Shown here in pieces: positions 61,405 to 64,000 of a stretch of DNA of 64,000 nt. A program made the translations under genes and the position numbers. Below the pieces are notes generated by a model. The model had not been told where the DNA came from. It saw only the letters and a list, made by a program, of their open reading frames with translations, and did no database searches. How positions within the stretch are numbered: the stretch's first letter is position 1; every line of letters starts with the position of its first letter. The stretch comes from Macrostomum hystrix (taxonomy: Eukaryota; Animalia; Platyhelminthes): assembly GCA_950097015.1 (NCBI GenBank), contig CATNEN010000025.1, forward strand, positions 434,001 to 498,000, in the 5' to 3' direction.

Positions 61405-62820
61405 ATGCAGCGACAGGTAAACTTGAATATGAGCCATGCTGCTGTTCAGTTGGACTGGCTCCTGACGCCACTGCTTAGCTGTCATTTCAACACTGCTGTG
61501 CTGGAAGCACCGGCGCCTGCCACTGTGCAGCAGTTACTACTCTGCCGAGGGTTCCCTCGACCTGAACACTGGCTGCAGACTCCCGCGGCACTGATTGCCA
61601 CTATAGTCCACCTGGTCGTCTTGCTCATCGGCCTGGCTTTCAACGGCCTCCTACTGCGCCTCGTTCACGCCGGCCGCGCAAGACTCTCCGACATCGGAGT
61701 GATCTGCGCCTGCATGAACGCTGCTTCGGACTTCGTTCTTCTCCTCGGCCTGCTGGGCGCCGACTTTCTCGCACCTCTGGTGGCCCAGCATCCGGCGCAG
61801 CTGATCAATCCGACTTATCTACTGGAGTCACTAAGCCGAGCCCTGCTTTGCCGCTTCCGCGAATACGCCCTGCAGTCCTGCCTCACCATGGACCTCCTGC
61901 TGATTGCCAGCTTGTCCTGGTTCTCCAGACCGCGTCACTACGACCGCATCCTCGGCAGTGGCCCCTGCGGCGTCTTCATCTACCCCAGTTTCGTGGCGCT
62001 GCTTAGCCTAGGCGCCAACGTCTGGTACCTGGTGCTGTTCGAATGCCGGCTGATGTCATTCGGCGGCCGCGGCTGGCTGCCCGCCGTCCAGCTGCCCGTC
62101 ATGCTCACCGAGGAGCCCGACATCGCGCACGCCCTGTTCGCCCTGTCCGCCCTCACTGGCGTCCTGCCGTTGGCCTGCGTGGTGCGCAGCCTCTTCCACT
62201 TGCACAACTGCAGCTGCCGCCGCTGCCGCCAGCTGGCAGGTCGCAGCGAGGCCGAAGTCTTTGTCCCGGCTTCGGCCGCGGCAGCCGTCGCCACGCATCG
62301 CGCCAGTCAACGACTTCGACTGGCCGCCTGCCTAGCTGCCGCCCACTGCCTCACCCTGCCGAGCTCACTCGGCGGCGCTGGACGCCTCTTGGCCGATCGC
62401 TGGCTGCTGAACCCCGGCGGACCTAGCGGCGCTTCATTGGTGGCCTTCTGGCTAGCCGAGTCGCTGTGCCTGACCCTGGCTCTGTCTCTGAAGCCGGCCA
62501 TCTGCCTGCTGATGTTGCCGGACCTGCGCCAGCGGGACTCCACTGGCGAAGTGTCGGCCGGCATCGTCAAACCAGCCGCCGCTGCTTCAGTTGCCGCAGC
62601 CAGAGCCGCGGCTGGCCGCAGCAGTGGCTCGAGCGCGCCGGCCCATGTGATTGTCGAATCCGGGGGAGACATCGGCGACAGTCGCGAGCTGGTCCGCAGC
62701 GCTGGCGGCGGCAGCCGGCTGGCCTTTCCCTCGGCCGGATTGTCCGACAGCAGCAGCTTCGCCGAGCTGGACCTCCAGCTGGGACAGGTTGGCTCGCCAT
62801 CTGACAGTCTGGCAGGCTGA
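61405..62820 (+). CDS. Divergent intronless 7TM (rhodopsin-like) orphan receptor
   Basis: 471-aa ORF with ~7 hydrophobic segments; GLAFNGLL (TM1), AASDF (TM2), Cys at top of TM3, LKPAICLL (TM7). Confidence 0.68.
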   Translation: MQRQVNLNMSHAAVQLDWLLTPLLSCHFNTAVLEAPAPATVQQLLLCRGFPRPEHWLQTPAALIATIVHLVVLLIGLAFNGLLLRLVHAGRARLSDIGVICACMNAASDFVLLLGLLGADFLAPLVAQHPAQLINPTYLLESLSRALLCRFREYALQSCLTMDLLLIASLSWFSRPRHYDRILGSGPCGVFIYPSFVALLSLGANVWYLVLFECRLMSFGGRGWLPAVQLPVMLTEEPDIAHALFALSALTGVLPLACVVRSLFHLHNCSCRRCRQLAGRSEAEVFVPASAAAAVATHRASQRLRLAACLAAAHCLTLPSSLGGAGRLLADRWLLNPGGPSGASLVAFWLAESLCLTLALSLKPAICLLMLPDLRQRDSTGEVSAGIVKPAAAASVAAARAAAGRSSGSSAPAHVIVESGGDIGDSRELVRSAGGGSRLAFPSAGLSDSSSFAELDLQLGQVGSPSDSLAG

Positions 62821-63229
62821 GAGGATGCCGCATTCACAGTGTTTTACAGCTACAGTCATTATGTCTTCAAGTTTTTTGCACTTTCTTCGTAGCATACTTC
62901 ACCAGGTAGTTTTTGCCCGAATTATATATAATTCTGCATCCCCGATCGCCATCTGCAGTTTTATCCTCAATTTATCATGTGATTATAGCTTTAAAACGAG
63001 TTTCATATTATTCGAATCTGTTCACTGAGATACTGCCTGGAATTTAAAATTCTATTGTATCGAAAAATCAAAAATCCATTTGCCGTATAGCCCGTCATTA
63101 TGAGCAGTGATGAGCCTGCTCAAGCTTATTATTGTGATCTCCTGAACCTCATGACATTCATGAACTGCATTTTTCGGCCTAACATCATTTTGCCATTCTT
63201 ATCTTGCCATCGAGATAATAGTACGAGTG

Positions 63230-64000
63230 AGCGGACAGAGGAGGTAGATGGGCGAGAGCGGACAGAACTAGAGACAGATGGGAGAGAGCGGACAGAGGAG
63301 AAGGATGGGAGAGAGCGGACAGAGGAGACAGATGGGAGAGAGCGGACAGAGGAGGTAGTTGGGAGAGAGCGGACAGAGGAGACAGATGGGAGAGAGCGGA
63401 CAGAGGAGACAGATGGGAGAGAGCGGACAGAGGAGACAGATGGGAGAGAGCGGACAGAGGAGACAGATGGGAGAGAGCGGACAGAGGAGACAGATGGGAG
63501 AGAGCGGACAGAAGAGACAGATGGGAGAGAGCGGACAGAGGAGACAGATGGGAGAGAGCGGACAGAGGAGACAGATGGGAGAGAGCGGACAGAGGAGACA
63601 GATGGGAGAGAGCGGACAGAGGAGACAGATGGGAGAGAGCGGACAGAGGAGACAGATGGGAGAGAGCGGACAGAGGAGACAGATGGGAGAGAGCGGACAG
63701 AGGAGGTAGATGGGCGAGAGCGGACAGAACTAGAGACAGATGGGAGAGAGCGGACAGAGGAGGTAGATGGGCGAGAGCGGACAGAACTAGAGACAGATGG
63801 GAGAGAGCGGACAGAGGAGAAGGATGGGAGAGAGCGGACAGAGGAGGTAGTTGGGAGAGAGCGGACAGAGGAGACAGATGGGAGAGAGCGGACAGAGGAG
63901 ACAGATGGGAGAGAGCGGACAGAGGAGACAGATGGGAGAGAGCGGACAGAGGAGACAGATGGGAGAGAGCGGACAGAAGAGACAGATGGGAGAGGGCGGA
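63230..64000. repeat. 27-bp purine-rich minisatellite running off the window
   Basis: Unit GATGGGAGAGAGCGGACAGAGGAGACA. Confidence 0.97.

Overview
Eukaryotic (metazoan) genomic DNA with GC-rich exons in AT-rich, repeat-filled introns. The style suggests a free-living flatworm such as Macrostomum, but that is inference only. Genes reconstructed by hand with phase-consistent GT-AG junctions: an allatostatin-A/galanin-type GPCR (-, runs off the left edge), a 3-exon DEG/ENaC channel (+), a deoxynucleoside kinase (-, 4 exons over 10 kb, first exon not found), a Rab escort protein (+), a candidate unannotated 3-exon gene (-), a BIR-domain exon (-), a 2-exon 726-aa protein of unknown function (-), Rab10 (-) and a divergent 7TM protein (+). 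About 18 kb (roughly 28%) is minisatellite, in about 24 arrays with 11-49 bp units. These arrays generate most of the long ORFs in the supplied track, which are artefacts. Mobile DNA: a BEL/Pao remnant with its 3' LTR, a Ty3/Gypsy remnant with nested inserts, two tRNA-derived SINE families (one with a MIR-like CORE), a TTAA-flanked TIR family and a 35-bp hAT-like palindrome. No CRISPR, rRNA or true tRNA. I cannot establish a new biological system from sequence alone. The best leads are tandemly amplified splice acceptors, transposon-seeded minisatellites, a DEG/ENaC with non-canonical gating and filter motifs, and an atypical BIR locus.
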